Assembly (NCBI GenBank): GCA_964270895.1
Contig: OZ185436.1
DNA: 64,000 nucleotides
DNA from: Podarcis filfolensis
Taxonomy: Eukaryota
Reading direction: 5' to 3' (one strand)
Under the pieces are notes generated by a model. The model saw only the letters and a list, made by a program, of their open reading frames with translations, had not been told where the DNA came from and did no database searches. This document shows positions 23,944 to 35,799 of this stretch, piece by piece. Numbering within the stretch: the stretch's first letter is position 1; every line of letters begins with the position of its first letter. Made by a program: the position numbers and the translations under genes.

Positions 23944-25366
23944 ATAGAGCTTTCAAGTGTTGTTACATCAAAGTAATCAAGACAAGCTTTACTGGCTGTG
24001 CGGGACAGATCGCCTTCTCTTCAGCTCCAGTTTTGAAACCCTTGAACTTTTTGTGGGAACTGTCTTCGTAAGTTTGTCTTGTGACAGATGTTGAGAAGCA
24101 AAAATAAAAAAGTAAAAATAAAATAAAAATGAACCTACAAAACTGCAGGAGGTGGGAGCAAACGGGTTTTCGGGGGGAACGGAGAAGTTGTCAAACCTGT
24201 TTTTAAAAACCTCGTTCTACTGTTATGATGTCAAGGCACCAAAGTCCAATAATGTATGCTCAATACAATACAATGAAAGGCTGGGATGTGCCTCTTCAGG
24301 CTTTAAAAGAATGCTTCAGAAAGCAAGTGGGAACAAAGTAGTGTTGAAACTGAACTAGATTTACTTCTTTAAGAAATGTTGTGAAGTATTTCGGTAGTAG
24401 TTCTGCGTTGAGATTGAATCCTATTGCTTTCCAAAGGGGTCCAGGCAGTAACAGTGACACATTCAAAGCAGGCATTAAAAACATTGAAAACCTGTGCCTC
24501 TTAAACCTGGCCACAAAGTGCTAGGGCATACGGTAACTTGTGTTTGCTTGTGAAAAATGTATTGTCAAACTTTCAAGAAAAGGGACAGCCATAAAAGTGG
24601 ATACTCCCGAAGCTTGCTTCTCTACATAATCGTGTTAAGTTCAATCAACCACCATGGATGGTAGTATCAAGAGTATTCACCTTGGTGTGCAGATCTCACA
24701 AATTGCCCAAAAATAAACAATTGCTCAGAGGAAAAAGAAATGGCAGATAGTCGCAAAGCAACCTGCAGAGGCTTGGCAGTCTTACAGGCTCACATTGGGA
24801 TGTCATGGGACATAAGAAAAGATTGTACGAAGAAGGCAACAGGGCTCACATTCATCAGGTACTTGGTATGTTTCAGATTTACAGTTTCCACCCAAAATAG
24901 ATGACCGTGTTGTATGCAACTTAAGCATTATGCTTGGGTCTTTTTGTAAGGCTGTGCTTCGGAATGCATTTACCATGCCATCGCAGAACACTAGGACCTA
25001 GCAAAGGCATAAACGGCACAGGTGCACGCTTGCTGATAACCTGAGCACTCAGTGTGTTCTACAAAACAGAAACTGCATCTGAAACCACTAAACAAGAGTA
25101 TTTATGGCAGCATCTGTTTCATCTCGATCCATCAGCAAAGAGGAGCTTGACACTTCTGGTGGAGAGGAGGAGGGCAGGAGGGATTTATCAATGAAGTTTT
25201 TGCATAATGTAAGCAGGCATCCTGCACTCAAGGTGATATCAACAATAAATGTAACCAGCGCTTAAAACCATTTATATTCTCCCAGGTCTCGGGTTTCCAG
25301 AGATGTGTATTCCAGGACACTTTATCTTACCTAGGTATTCAGTGCAGCAACCGTCATCCTATAGTG

Positions 25367-25796
25367 CAGAGGTTTTCAATCTTTTTGAATCCATTGCTCC
25401 TTTGACCAACTACCTTCTTTCTGCATCACGCTGAGGGGCTCAGGAGCCCAGTTATATTGCCCCTTGCCTGCGACCTCTCACCCTTTTTTGAACACCCTCC
25501 CTTGTGGAGTGTTCCCTCAGTCTCTTCTCTCCTTGGGAGTCCTCCAGGTAGCTGCTGCTGTCCCTGGTTTCTGAGCTGCTCCCACCCCAAAGAGAGGTGC
25601 CATCTAGAGGCACCATTTGCCTGCAGAGCTTATAGCCAGGGCTGCAGCTATGCAAGCCTTTTGGAGGCAGAGACACAAGAGGGCAGCAGAGGAGGGAAGG
25701 AAGGAAAAAGGGACAGAGGCCAGTGTTGCCCACTGCACCCCTGACCATCATTCAAGGCACCCCAGGGGGCCACGGCACAATGGTTGAAAACCACTG
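25367..25796. mobile_element. Complete non-autonomous hAT DNA transposon
   Basis: TIRs CAGAGGTTTTCAA / TTGAAAACCACTG and a perfect 8-bp TSD CTATAGTG at 25359-25366 and 25797-25804. Confidence 0.92.
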
Positions 25797-28700
25797 CTAT
25801 AGTGGACTCACGCTCTGAGTCTAGATCCTTATGTAGCCCAAACAGCACCATCCAAACATTAGCAGGCATGGAAGGGTCTCAATGTTTGCAGGAGTAGATT
25901 TTTTTGTTTAAAAAAAAACCTTTAAAAGTGGGGTTGGGGAACCAAAAATTTGCTTAATGAGGATTTAACCTGTTCATTGGTCACAAAATGCTGACTGCTT
26001 GAATAGGGACCAGAGGGAGGTTCAATGGAATGAAGTATCTTGGAAAATAGTGTTGCTGGGTGGCTAGAACTGTCAAAAGGACCTTGCCACAATGCACTAC
26101 TTTGTAGCAGGTTCACTTGCAAATCCATACTAGGCTGCTTCTTGGCTGTGTTTAATATTATAGCATTTCTGGAATTTACAAAATGTCTGAGGAGGTTTTA
26201 AAGAAAGTTTGACTTGCATTTGATCCCCAACAACATTTGGAAAAGCAATAGTCCTTTCAGCTTTCTGCAACGTTCCAATAGAAGCCACCTGGTTGTGTCA
26301 CGCTTCCCTGAAATAGCTTGCGTACTAGGCTCTTGGGTTCTCACTCCAAAGCTGCATCTTACTTTCCCAAAAGTGAAACCCACTTTCTATCCACAGTAGC
26401 AAGTTGAAATTCTGCACGCTGTGAAACACAGATCGAGGTGTGTGTGTATGTAGGTAGAATATGAAATGTAATAAAAGTTTTGATTTGGAATGTGCTCAAA
26501 TTGGCGTTTTTTAGTTACAAATTACTTTGGAAGGCAATTTTTCTTCTCTCATTTTAATTTGTAGTCCAATAGTTATTATGGTTGCAATCTTGTGCCTGTT
26601 TGCCTGGGAATAAGTTCCACCAAACCCACTTAGACGACTGACTTAGGGCTCAATTGGCATTCAACTGGGCTATGAATTTTCAGCTGTCAAATTGGTAAGA
26701 ATATGATACTCTTGACACATAGGAAAAGAAGGGGGAATGCAAAATTGTTCAAATGTGTTTCCTTTACTTTTTCACTAACTAGACTCTGATGAGCATCAGG
26801 AATATTCTTTTTTCCTCAAGTGGGCGGGAGGGACCTTCCACGGAAGAGGAGAGCAGCTGTCAGGAAGAAACTCCTCCCTCATTACTCCCATTCACAAACA
26901 ATTTTGTAATCCTTCTGACCCCACCCATTGGCCAAAGGAACAAGAGCCATGAACAGCTATTCCAGCAAGAAAACCAACAAGGGAAGTTCAGCCTGACCTG
27001 TACTGGGCAAACACTGGTGTCTGTATCAAACATGGCCATTTTATGTGCCACTTTATGACAAGTTCTGACAAGGCTTTATGTGACAATAATGCATGGAATG
27101 GAGTGCTATGTCTTGAAACACCAATGCAGAAAATGGCTCTGGAAAAAGAAAATTCCCAGTTAAAGCTGCCCTTAGCCAGTGCTTGTGTAAAGCTGGAGCA
27201 AAACAGCCATGTAAGGTAAGAAATTGTGATTACAAGTAATTCTTAAAAAGAATTTCATGATTGGTTGCATATCTGTGTGATAAGGTTTTACTTATGCAAC
27301 AGAATCCAGCTATGTAACAATGTTCAAGCATTGCAGTCCCGTGATTTTCTGGCCACTAGGTATTAGGGCCCTTCTATCCTTTAGAGCTCTTACATTCTCA
27401 CTTCGACTGAGCCATCTCGGCTCCAAACCAGTGATTTGTTGCCTGCTTGGGTGGGGGAAATAAAAACCATGAATGGGGCAGGGCAAAGCTGTAGCTGCAG
27501 GAAGCATTTCCTCTGATGGCAGCTATTATATCTGCAAAGTTCTTGGATTTCTACTTCCCCATTCAAGTTGAAGGTTTGGTTGTTGTTGAAAAGGGACTTA
27601 GCACTGCTCAAATGTGTGGGAAATTCACTGTATGAAACAAATAATTACAAAGGAGCCATGAATACCTCTCACCCAGTTACAGCACAGACCTGTACCGTGT
27701 ATATTGCTCCTGCATGTACCATAACCTTCCATAGGCATGCTAGAATTTCTCTTTGCATTTCCCCCCAATCTTCAAGTCCAATATTCAATGGCAACAGCAG
27801 AGCTTGAATGCAAATTGCCTACTTTTGTTTCTCTAGGCTATTGCGGGTAAGGCTTCCACTCTATAGTTTTGAGAATCTGTGCTATCTCTGACCTCGGCCC
27901 ATAATGTACAACTCAGCTGCCAATTTAGGTGAGTTCTTCTAGTAGATACAATTACACAAAGGAGTCTAAAATTCTGTAGTGTTTCATTTTAAAGTATTGG
28001 ATGGCTTTCTTAAATAAGTCCCCAGGGTTTTTATGACTCAAATCATAAAAAGGGGCAAAAGAATGACTGGGTGCCATAAGGTACCAGTTTAGTAATTAAC
28101 TAGCTCTTTTAATAGGCCTGAATTACTTTGTTTCATGATAAGGGGCTTTTAAAAAAAAAAGAAAAGAAAGAAAAGCACACACACATTCTAAGACAAAGCT
28201 ACATTCGACATCTGGGAACCTCCGAACAGCTGGCTACCTAATGAATATGCATCTGTTTAAGAGGCTGTGGTCCATTAATAAACCAATAGATATAAAACAG
28301 AAACAATCTTCGTCAGCTTCAAAAGAGATTGGATGCAATGTGCTGTGAAGTGTCACTGTCACATTGAATTGGGCTGGTGAGGTTAACAGTCAACTGTTTG
28401 GTACCCGTGCCTTTGTCTCTGCAAACAGAACTCCCATTTTCCTTCCATTGTGAAGCATGGGCAGCGCTGGCAAGAGTATTTGTTTCGTTTTGTTCCCTTT
28501 TCGTTTTCTGGTGCCCAGCTGCACGCTGGGCGCCAGTATCCTTTCAAGTTGGCATCTCCCCGTTCCTTTGGACCACTAAAATAGTGATCTCTACATTCTA
28601 CAAAACCAGCTTATTTTAGCAATGCAAATTAGCTAAAAAGAGCCTAGTGTTCCACCACACAAATAAATAAACGGGTAGACAGGTAGTGGTTGCAATAAAA

Positions 28701-28963
28701 CATGCTGATGTGAAAGAGAACAGATTTCTCATTTAAAGCCCTTCCTGGAAATGTTCATAGGGGCAAAGAAATGCATTTAATTCCTATTGTGGTATAAAAC
28801 AATTCGATTCAATAGCTACACAGCAAAGTCTGATTGCTGAAGCCAGCATAATGCATGTTAATCTACTGTGATAAGAGTGTGCTGGATGCAATACATGTAT
28901 TTCTGCTTCCTTTCCAGATTCCAAGCCAGTAAGATTTCAGATGAAACCTGTGATCCAGTACTG

Positions 28964-29102
28964 CAGCTTTCTCCATCTGTGTCCCTGCAGATGTTGTCGG
29001 ACTATAGCTCCCATCAGAGCCATTCAGTGACACCACTAGTCAGGAAGTATGGGAGTTGTAGTCCCAACAACATCTGGAGGGCCACCAGGCTAGGGGAGAC
29101 TG
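28964..29102. mobile_element. Palindromic hAT-type MITE (CAGATGTTG...CAACATCTG family)
   Basis: Internal inverted arms CAGATGTTGTCGGACTATAGCTCCCAT / ATGGGAGTTGTAGTCCCAACAACATCTG. 8-bp TSD CAGTACTG / CACTACTG (7/8). Confidence 0.8.
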
Positions 29103-29279
29103 CACTACTGTTTTCAAAAAGCAGTGCTATGTATTGGGGGGTGGCCAAAAGATAAACTAAGATCTGCTGGTGGTTAGCAGTAGATTGGCTGGGCTTTCAT
29201 ATTTAGAAGGGTTTAACAAATTGTTTAGCGGCAGCAACACACACCCCCCACCCCCCAATCTTGCTTTGGATGCTGAAAT

Positions 29280-29440
29280 GAAGACAATGAGCAGTGGAGA
29301 ATCAGGTTTTTGTGTGAACGTGCTAAAGAAGATGCTAGGTGGGAGAGCATTCCACAGATAGGAAGCCACAATTGAAAGGCTCTCACCCTTGACACCAGCC
29401 TCCCTCGAAGAGGGGATCTTGAGGTGGTCTTCCAAAGATG
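29280..29440 (-). mobile_element. L2-clade LINE fragment
   Basis: Minus-strand translation ...SLSIVASYLWNALP... resembles the L2 ORF2 C-terminal motif RAFS.AAP.LWN.LP. Confidence 0.55.
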
Positions 29441-29719
29441 ATCTAAGGGTCTAGGTAAGGCAAGGCTTGCAGTTCAGCTGTGAGCTGATGTTATTTGCAT
29501 CTGTCTTCCATAATTACCGAGATTTTCTTTTTACTTTTTGCAAATACAGAACAGATTAATTCCCACCCCCCAAAGCATTTTGGGAAAATAGAAGGTGAAA
29601 CTTGACTGGAGTTACTAAGAATTAAATGTCTGCGTGTGTTTTAATGGGGAAATAGCTTTGTGTCAAGTGTTTGGTGATTGTGTGTCACTGACTGGAATGC
29701 AGCCCAAGATAGTTTTCCA

Positions 29720-29840
29720 TGGGGATAGTACAGTCCTTTGCCTTGGATATTTTTAAGCAGAGGTTGGATGGCCGTCTGCCATCTTGGACTAGATGACCCT
29801 CAGGGTCCCTTCAAACTCTAAAATTCAATGATTCTATGAT
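29720..29840 (+). mobile_element. CR1 LINE 3' end
   Basis: TTGGACTAGATGACCCTCAGGGTCCCTTCAAACTCTAAAATTCAATGATTCTATGAT, the diagnostic CR1 terminus with (ATTCTATG)n. Confidence 0.85.
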
Positions 29841-30504
29841 ATGCTTCCCCATCCCTGGGGCCTTCCTTGGCCCATTTTTATTCCCTTCCATTAGAAATAC
29901 AGATTTGGAACTATGCCTGGTGGGGGAAACAATGTAGGGGGAGGGTTATGGAGGTGGGATGGTTGGCTGGGGAACCTCTCTTGTTGCTTCATTGGGCTTA
30001 CATTACAGAGAAGGTGGTAATAAAAGAGGCGAATATATTTGGCCAGATACAAATTTGCATTAGGCCCAAGTGATACAAAGCTGCTGTTGCTTTTTAAAAA
30101 ACCTTGGTTTAGCTTAGTTGCCAAATTCTGGCTGCTAACAGCCTGGCATTTTAGTAGATGATGGATTTGATGTTTTCCTCTTTGTTGTAATGTTCCCAAG
30201 GAAATGTGCATGGGCCCATCTTTAATGGCTTTTAAGAGATCCTCGAAAACTTTCCTATTTCAATCGCATAGTGCTGTTCTTTGAACTTTTCTTCTTGCTG
30301 CCTATAAATCAGGAGGTTGCTGTAATTTTACTGAAAGATTGCCTCCTTGCATATATTTACCCAAACCTTAAGATCCTCTTCAAAGGCTTCGCTCTATGAG
30401 CCACCACCAAATGAGGCGAGGCGAGGTGAGGCAGGTGGCTGCTAGAAAAAAGGGCTTTCTCTGTGGTAGCACCCCAGTAGTTGCAGAACAGTTTCCTAGC
30501 ACCT

Positions 30505-30660
30505 TATTTATTTATTTAGAGTATTTGTACTCCTCTCTCCAGACCAAAAGGCTCCAGAGTGACTTACATACAATTAATTAAGGCAGTCCCCTGCCTGTAG
30601 GCTTACAATCTAAAGAAATATGGCACGCAAGGAGAAATGGTCAGGGAGGGAAGAGGGAAT
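30505..30660 (-). mobile_element. L2-type 3' fragment
   Basis: (TTTA)n tail followed by GGCAGTCCCCTGCCTGTAGGCTTACAATCTAAA, an antisense L2-like segment. Confidence 0.45.
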
Positions 30661-30865
30661 GGTCTTTTCAGTGCAGATGAAGAGCATTTTCTTCACTCAC
30701 ACCTATTAAAATTGTCCTATAAAACAAAGCCTAGGCTCTCATTGTTTTACTGTGGTTCTAAATAAACCTTATGCTCTTGTAGCATAGGCTAAGTTGTACA
30801 GTACTTCCTTATGTTCTGTCTCTTAGGGGACATTTTATGTTGCTTTTATTAATCTTTTGCATTAT

Positions 30866-31021
30866 TAGAATCATAGAATCACAGAGTTTGAAGGGACCCC
30901 AAGAGTCATCTAGTCCAACCCTTTGCGATGCAGGAATCCTGCCCAAAGCCATCCCTGAGTGGGCTCAAACCACCAGCCTTCTGGTGAACAGCCAGACACA
31001 CTGGCCCTTTGTGCCACAGAT
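30866..31021 (-). mobile_element. tRNA-Asn-derived SINE with CR1 3' tail
   Basis: Minus strand TCTGTGGCACAAAGGGCCAGTGTGTCTGGCTGTTCACCAGAAGGCTGGTGGTTTGAGCCCACTCAGGGA aligns by eye to tRNA-Asn(GTT). It is joined to the CR1 terminus ...GGACTAGATGAC...CCCTTCAAACTCTGTGATTCTATGATTCTA. Confidence 0.7.
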
Positions 31022-31209
31022 TGTATTTTTCATTATATGAGGTTTGTTGTATGATGTCTAGGGAATGGTATTGAACTTCAGCAATTTGTATTTAATAGCA
31101 CCTTATTATTATTATTATTTTTTTTTAATGAAAAATGCTTATGAATTGTCTTCGGAGGTTTATGTCCTGAAATGTGGTTAAGAAATCCCATTAAGAAAAC
31201 CAATATGAA

Positions 31210-31561
31210 GGGACGCGGGTGGCGCTGTGGGTAAAACCTCAGCGCCTAGGACTTGCCGATCACATGGTCGGCAGTTCGAATCCCCATGGCGGGGTGCGCT
31301 CCCGTCGTTCGGTCCCAGCGCCTGCCAACCTAGCAGTTCGAAAGCACCTCCGGGTGCAAGTAGATAAATAGGGACCGCTTACCAGCGGGAAGGTAAAACA
31401 GCGTTCCGTGTGCTGCGCTGGCTCACCAGATGCAGCTTGTCACGCTGGCCACGTGACCCGGAAGTGTCTGCGGACAGCGCTGGCTCCCGGCCTATAGAGT
31501 GAGATGAGCGCACAACCCTAGAGTCTGGCAAGACTGGCCCGTACGGGCAGGGGTACCTTTA
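31210..31561 (+). mobile_element. Full-length Sauria SINE
   Basis: GGGACGCGGGTGGCGCTGTGG, B box GTTCGAATCC, end GGGGTACCTTT. 13-bp TSD AAAACCAATATGA at 31196-31208 and 31562-31574. Confidence 0.93.
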
Positions 31562-32100
31562 AAAACCAATATGATATTTTAATGTGCCCCAAGCCTTAGG
31601 TGAAAGAATTGGACTAGGAATTGAAATAATGTGCTAGTGATGTGAAAAGTATGGATGCCTCTAAGTCAGCCTAACTCTGGGGGGTACAATGCCCCCTGGT
31701 TTCAAAACTGCAGGTATTATGTAGTGCACTATGAATACTTGTACAAGCCCTGAGGCTGCATGTGTTCCTGCTTGTTTCTGATTTTTGCTGAAATCCGCAC
31801 AGTGTCACAAAGCTATTATCATACATAAGTAAATATGTTATGTTAAATCAAAGAAAAGCTGTGCTTTTGGCAGTGTTTCTTGAAATTTGTAAAGCTTTAA
31901 CCGCCCCCCCCCCCAATGTATTGCTTATTATAACTTGAAAAGAATTTGCCCGGTTTTTCCAAACAAATGGACTAAAATCTTTGAAACCCCACAATAGAAA
32001 TACCCTGTATTTTGCAGTTGCCACAGAACTCATCTTATTTGAATTAACTTTTGGACACAGCAAACATATCAACCTTTAGTCTCTGTAATGGGCAAAACAA

Positions 32101-32222
32101 TGGGTTGTTTGTATGTTAGTCCTAGTCAAAATAGACTCATTGGAGTTTAGAGGCTTAAGTTAGTCATGCTAGTAATTTCAGTAGATTTATTGTGAGTATC
32201 ACTAACGTTGGATACAACCCAA
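32101..32222. mobile_element. Palindromic MITE (TGGGTTGTAT...ATACAACCCA termini, Harbinger-like)
   Basis: TGGGTTGTTTGTATGTTAGTCCTAGTCAAAATAGAC...TTGTGAGTATCACTAACGTTGGATACAACCCA imperfect palindrome. Confidence 0.65.
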
Positions 32223-32427
32223 TGTCATCAGAAATGGGTGAGGGCAGCATTCTGATTATCAGTTCAGATCCCATTTAATCAATCAGCTGAAGCTAGATGG
32301 CACTCTAGCAAACAATTAAAGAAGGATAGAAAACAACAGTTATATAATTTATGTACAATGCTCTGAAATGCTCAAAGTGTTTCACATATCGTCACAACCC
32401 TTACAACTGTCAGGAAAGCTGTGACAG

Positions 32428-32603
32428 TGGGCTGTGTCCAGTGCAGTCATTCAGCTGGTGGTCAGGCATCTTTCAGCTGAGGAACCCTCCAGATCAGATT
32501 TGGGGGCTGCAGGGTGATGGGAAGATTGCTAAAAATGGCTTCCATCTTGTTCTGTTGATGGAAGTCTTACCATCAGCTGAGTGACACCATTAGATACAAC
32601 CCA
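32428..32603. mobile_element. MITE with the same terminal family
   Basis: TGGGCTGTGTCCAGTG..CATTCAGCTGGTGG / CCATCAGCTGAGTG..CATTAGATACAACCCA inverted ends. Confidence 0.6.
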
Positions 32604-34329
32604 ATATTATCCTAATATAGATGAAAGCAGGGCAGTTGAGGCTTAAAGAGTTTCTGTTCACTGCCACCCCCCCTCTCTCATGACACACCATCTGCTGTTA
32701 CACTCAAATGGGCAACCTGTGGTTTGCTTTCCTCCTCCTAATCAGAATTGTAAACCATGGTTTGCTGGTTCAGATGTAATGGTATCTGAATATTGGTCTG
32801 CTGAAGTGTATTTCCTCTTGGTGGTGGTGGTGGTGGTGGGGATTGTGCAAGATGCACCTCCCCCCCAAGGCCATGTAATGAATGTATTATGGGACAGATG
32901 GCATTCAGACCTGAATTGCCTAAGGTCCAGGACTTGCCTAAAATTGAGGACAAAGTGCCCCCTTTTGGAAATTCCCCCCTGGATATCAATTCCGCCTTTG
33001 AAATCCCAGTAGTGTCCCGGAAAATCCGGACTTATGGCAGCCCTAACAAAATGCTACATGAATAACACACAGAACAAGACACTGACTTCATTTCTGTGTT
33101 TTTAAAAAGTCTCGTATTTCCCCAAAGTAGCTTTGTTCAAAGGCCATGTCTAAGATTCCAGCATCAGACGTGCTGAAGAAAAGTGAGAGAAAAACAAAAT
33201 TATGCAGCAGAAAACCTATTATACATGCACAGAACAGTGCTTGCTTTAGTTTGACAATATGTACATTTTCTAAATAGGAAACTTAAGTGTTGGGAAAAGG
33301 TATGGTCCCAATGTGTTCTGCATAAGTTTAAGATTGTGTTCTACCATTAGTTTATTAAGGGCTGCTTACCAGGAAATGTTGAGGATTAAGTAATACTTAG
33401 GAAAAGGAATCCCCTTTTCTAAGACGTTATTGGTATATGGGTATATGTGGCATTTGAAACTACCTTCACTTGTGGTGAAAACTTTGGGTTCCTTATAGCA
33501 AAAGGAAGCCATACATGTTGGAGAAGTAATGAATAAACTGTGATTTTTCTAACCCTGATCAAGGATTATCTGGAAGAGGACCAACAATGAGTTCATTTGA
33601 GGACAGAGGGTGGAGTCTGCTGCAGTGAAATTCTCTGTGTAGACCTTGTTACCTTCAGAAGAAGAATAAAAAGATTTGAAGGTGTTTTTTAAAAGGGGGG
33701 GTGTCTGATGTGTCAGGCAACCTCACTCTACATACCCTAGCAGATTTCAGTACTTCATAGACAGGTGGAGCCCTGAGCAAATCAGTTTCCATAGTTGAAA
33801 AGAAATTATTATGGAGAAAGGTGCCCTTTAAGAAATGATGTCCCCAAGCCACACAGGTGGTTACAGCGAAACTGCAGTTTTTAGCCATGGTAGCCAAATG
33901 GAACCTCCATGTTGAATGGAAGTATATCTCTGAACTGAAATTATGGTTGTCCTCATACCTGCTCATAGGCTCTTCTGTTACTGCTGGCTGGCTGCTCTTA
34001 GAAGCAGGATGCTGGCCTAGACAAACTTATTTGAACCAATAAGGCACGAGGGGATATTAGAAACTACTGTACTGGTCTCGCTGGCTGTTCTGCAATAGAT
34101 TATAAAGGGCTTCTCACTCTCAATAGTTCACCAACAGTAGCAACAAAATGACTTTTCCTGCCAAAATTAGGCTGATGAAATGAAGAAAGACTTGTGCTTG
34201 AAGGGACAATGAGCTCAGTTCACTTCTCGTATGGGAAAACAAACTCCTAGTCTCAGATTCTGCCCAGCGGTACTCTGCTCTTTCATGCTAATCGTATCTA
34301 TTTTGTACCTGGCTCTCATTGGCTGTCTG

Positions 34330-34800
34330 TTTTAAATATTTACAAACCATCTTTTAGGGTCAAAATCCTCCCAAGGCAGCTTTCCCTAACATCACAACAC
34401 AATACATTTAAAAACCAGAAATAAGCAGCAGTAAAACAAATAAGTAACAGTAGCTAATGACAATATTCAAAATGGTAAAACCCAGTAAAATGCTAGAATC
34501 ACCAAAGTCGTCAAAGATAAAACAGCAGCAAAAGCAGAGTGGTTCAAATAGTTCTAGTAAAAAACTAACGAACCCAACAAGGCTGCCCACCCCTGTGATG
34601 GCAAAGAACAGATGCATGCATGGTCCTGGTGGACTACCACCCAGGCATTTCACATCATATAGCCTCCCAACCATCTTGAGCAATCCCACATGCAACGCAT
34701 TGCAGTAATCAATCCTTGAGGTCACCATGGCATGAATGATAGTTCCCAAGTCCATGTTCTCCCAAGAGGAAGGAAGGCAGAGATGGCAAATCATTTTTGA
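34330..34800 (-). mobile_element. L2-clade LINE ORF2 C-terminal fragment and tail
   Basis: ORF 34408..34794 encodes LGTIIHAMVTSRIDYCNALHVGL, matching the L2/CR1-group motif LVHALVTSRLDYCNALY.GL. An L2-type tail follows near 34330-34380. Confidence 0.8.
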
Positions 34801-35149
34801 AAGCTAGAAAGTGCTTCTGGTTGCTAGCACTGTGTGTGCTTTCCAAGAACATTTGCAAACTGCTCACTAGCCCTATGGTTCCATTTACCAGGAACCCTAG
34901 ATTACTCTTATGACTTGAGCCAATCTTCCTCTTCATCCAGGAGCCTCTGAGTCTCGCACCTGAGTGACTATTCCTAGTCAGTGGTGAAGCCTCTGGACAC
35001 AGCAGTTGCAATTTGGGGTTATGGGTTTTCTTTGGGGGGGCTTTCCTCCCTATAAATGGTTTATTAATGATAGCATCTTAATGATCTGTTTAAAATAAAT
35101 AAACCATTGACGCCATTTCAAAGGTATTTTGTGAGGCTCAGCTGATATT

Positions 35150-35321
35150 NNNNNNNNNNNNNNNNNNNNNNNNNNNNNNNNNNNNNNNNNNNNNNNNNNN
35201 NNNNNNNNNNNNNNNNNNNNNNNNNNNNNNNNNNNNNNNNNNNNNNNNNNNNNNNNNNNNNNNNNNNNNNNNNNNNNNNNNNNNNNNNNNNNNNNNNNNN
35301 NNNNNNNNNNNNNNNNNNNNN
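35150..35321. other. Assembly gap (172 N)
   Basis: Run of N. Confidence 1.
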
Positions 35322-35641
35322 TGGTCCCACATGCATATGGTACTTGGCAATTAGTCTTTTCTACAAAATGTTGGTGATGGCAGGGTGGGTTACCAAAATC
35401 CTCGTGTGTCTGGGTGTATACTAATTCCTGGTTTCAACACATAGCCTGAGATGAGGGGAGCTTTTCAGGGGCAAATGAACTTTAGCTTCTTTTCTGTGCC
35501 TGAATGAAACAGCTCCAGCTACTCCAGGATTGCCTATTGTTCTCTGAGCAGTCTTGACAGTGATATTCTTCACCACCACAGCTAATAGCAAGGAGGAGTG
35601 GGCGGGGGCGGCGGCGGATTTCCATTTCTGCTTTGAGCAGG

Positions 35642-35799
35642 GCCAGTCAAAACCTGACTTAACTTTCTTCACTTAGGATGTGTGGTTGGATTTCCCGAGA
35701 CGACACTCTAAAGCTTGCAGGCCAGTCAAAACCTGACTTAACTTTCTTCACTTAGGATGTGTGGTTGGATTTCCCGAGACGACACTCTAAAGCTTGCAG
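35642..35799. repeat. Perfect 79-bp tandem duplication
   Basis: 35642-35720 is identical to 35721-35799. Confidence 0.97.

Noticed and set aside
24025-24067. Exon-like segment (ctcttcAG...TTC|GTAAGT) downstream of CLINT1
   Set aside because: No recognisable protein and no partner exons; such signals occur by chance. It could at most be a read-through or lncRNA exon.
32287-32303. Partial CTCF-like CTAGATGGCAC
   Set aside because: Lacks the CC at the 5' end of the core.
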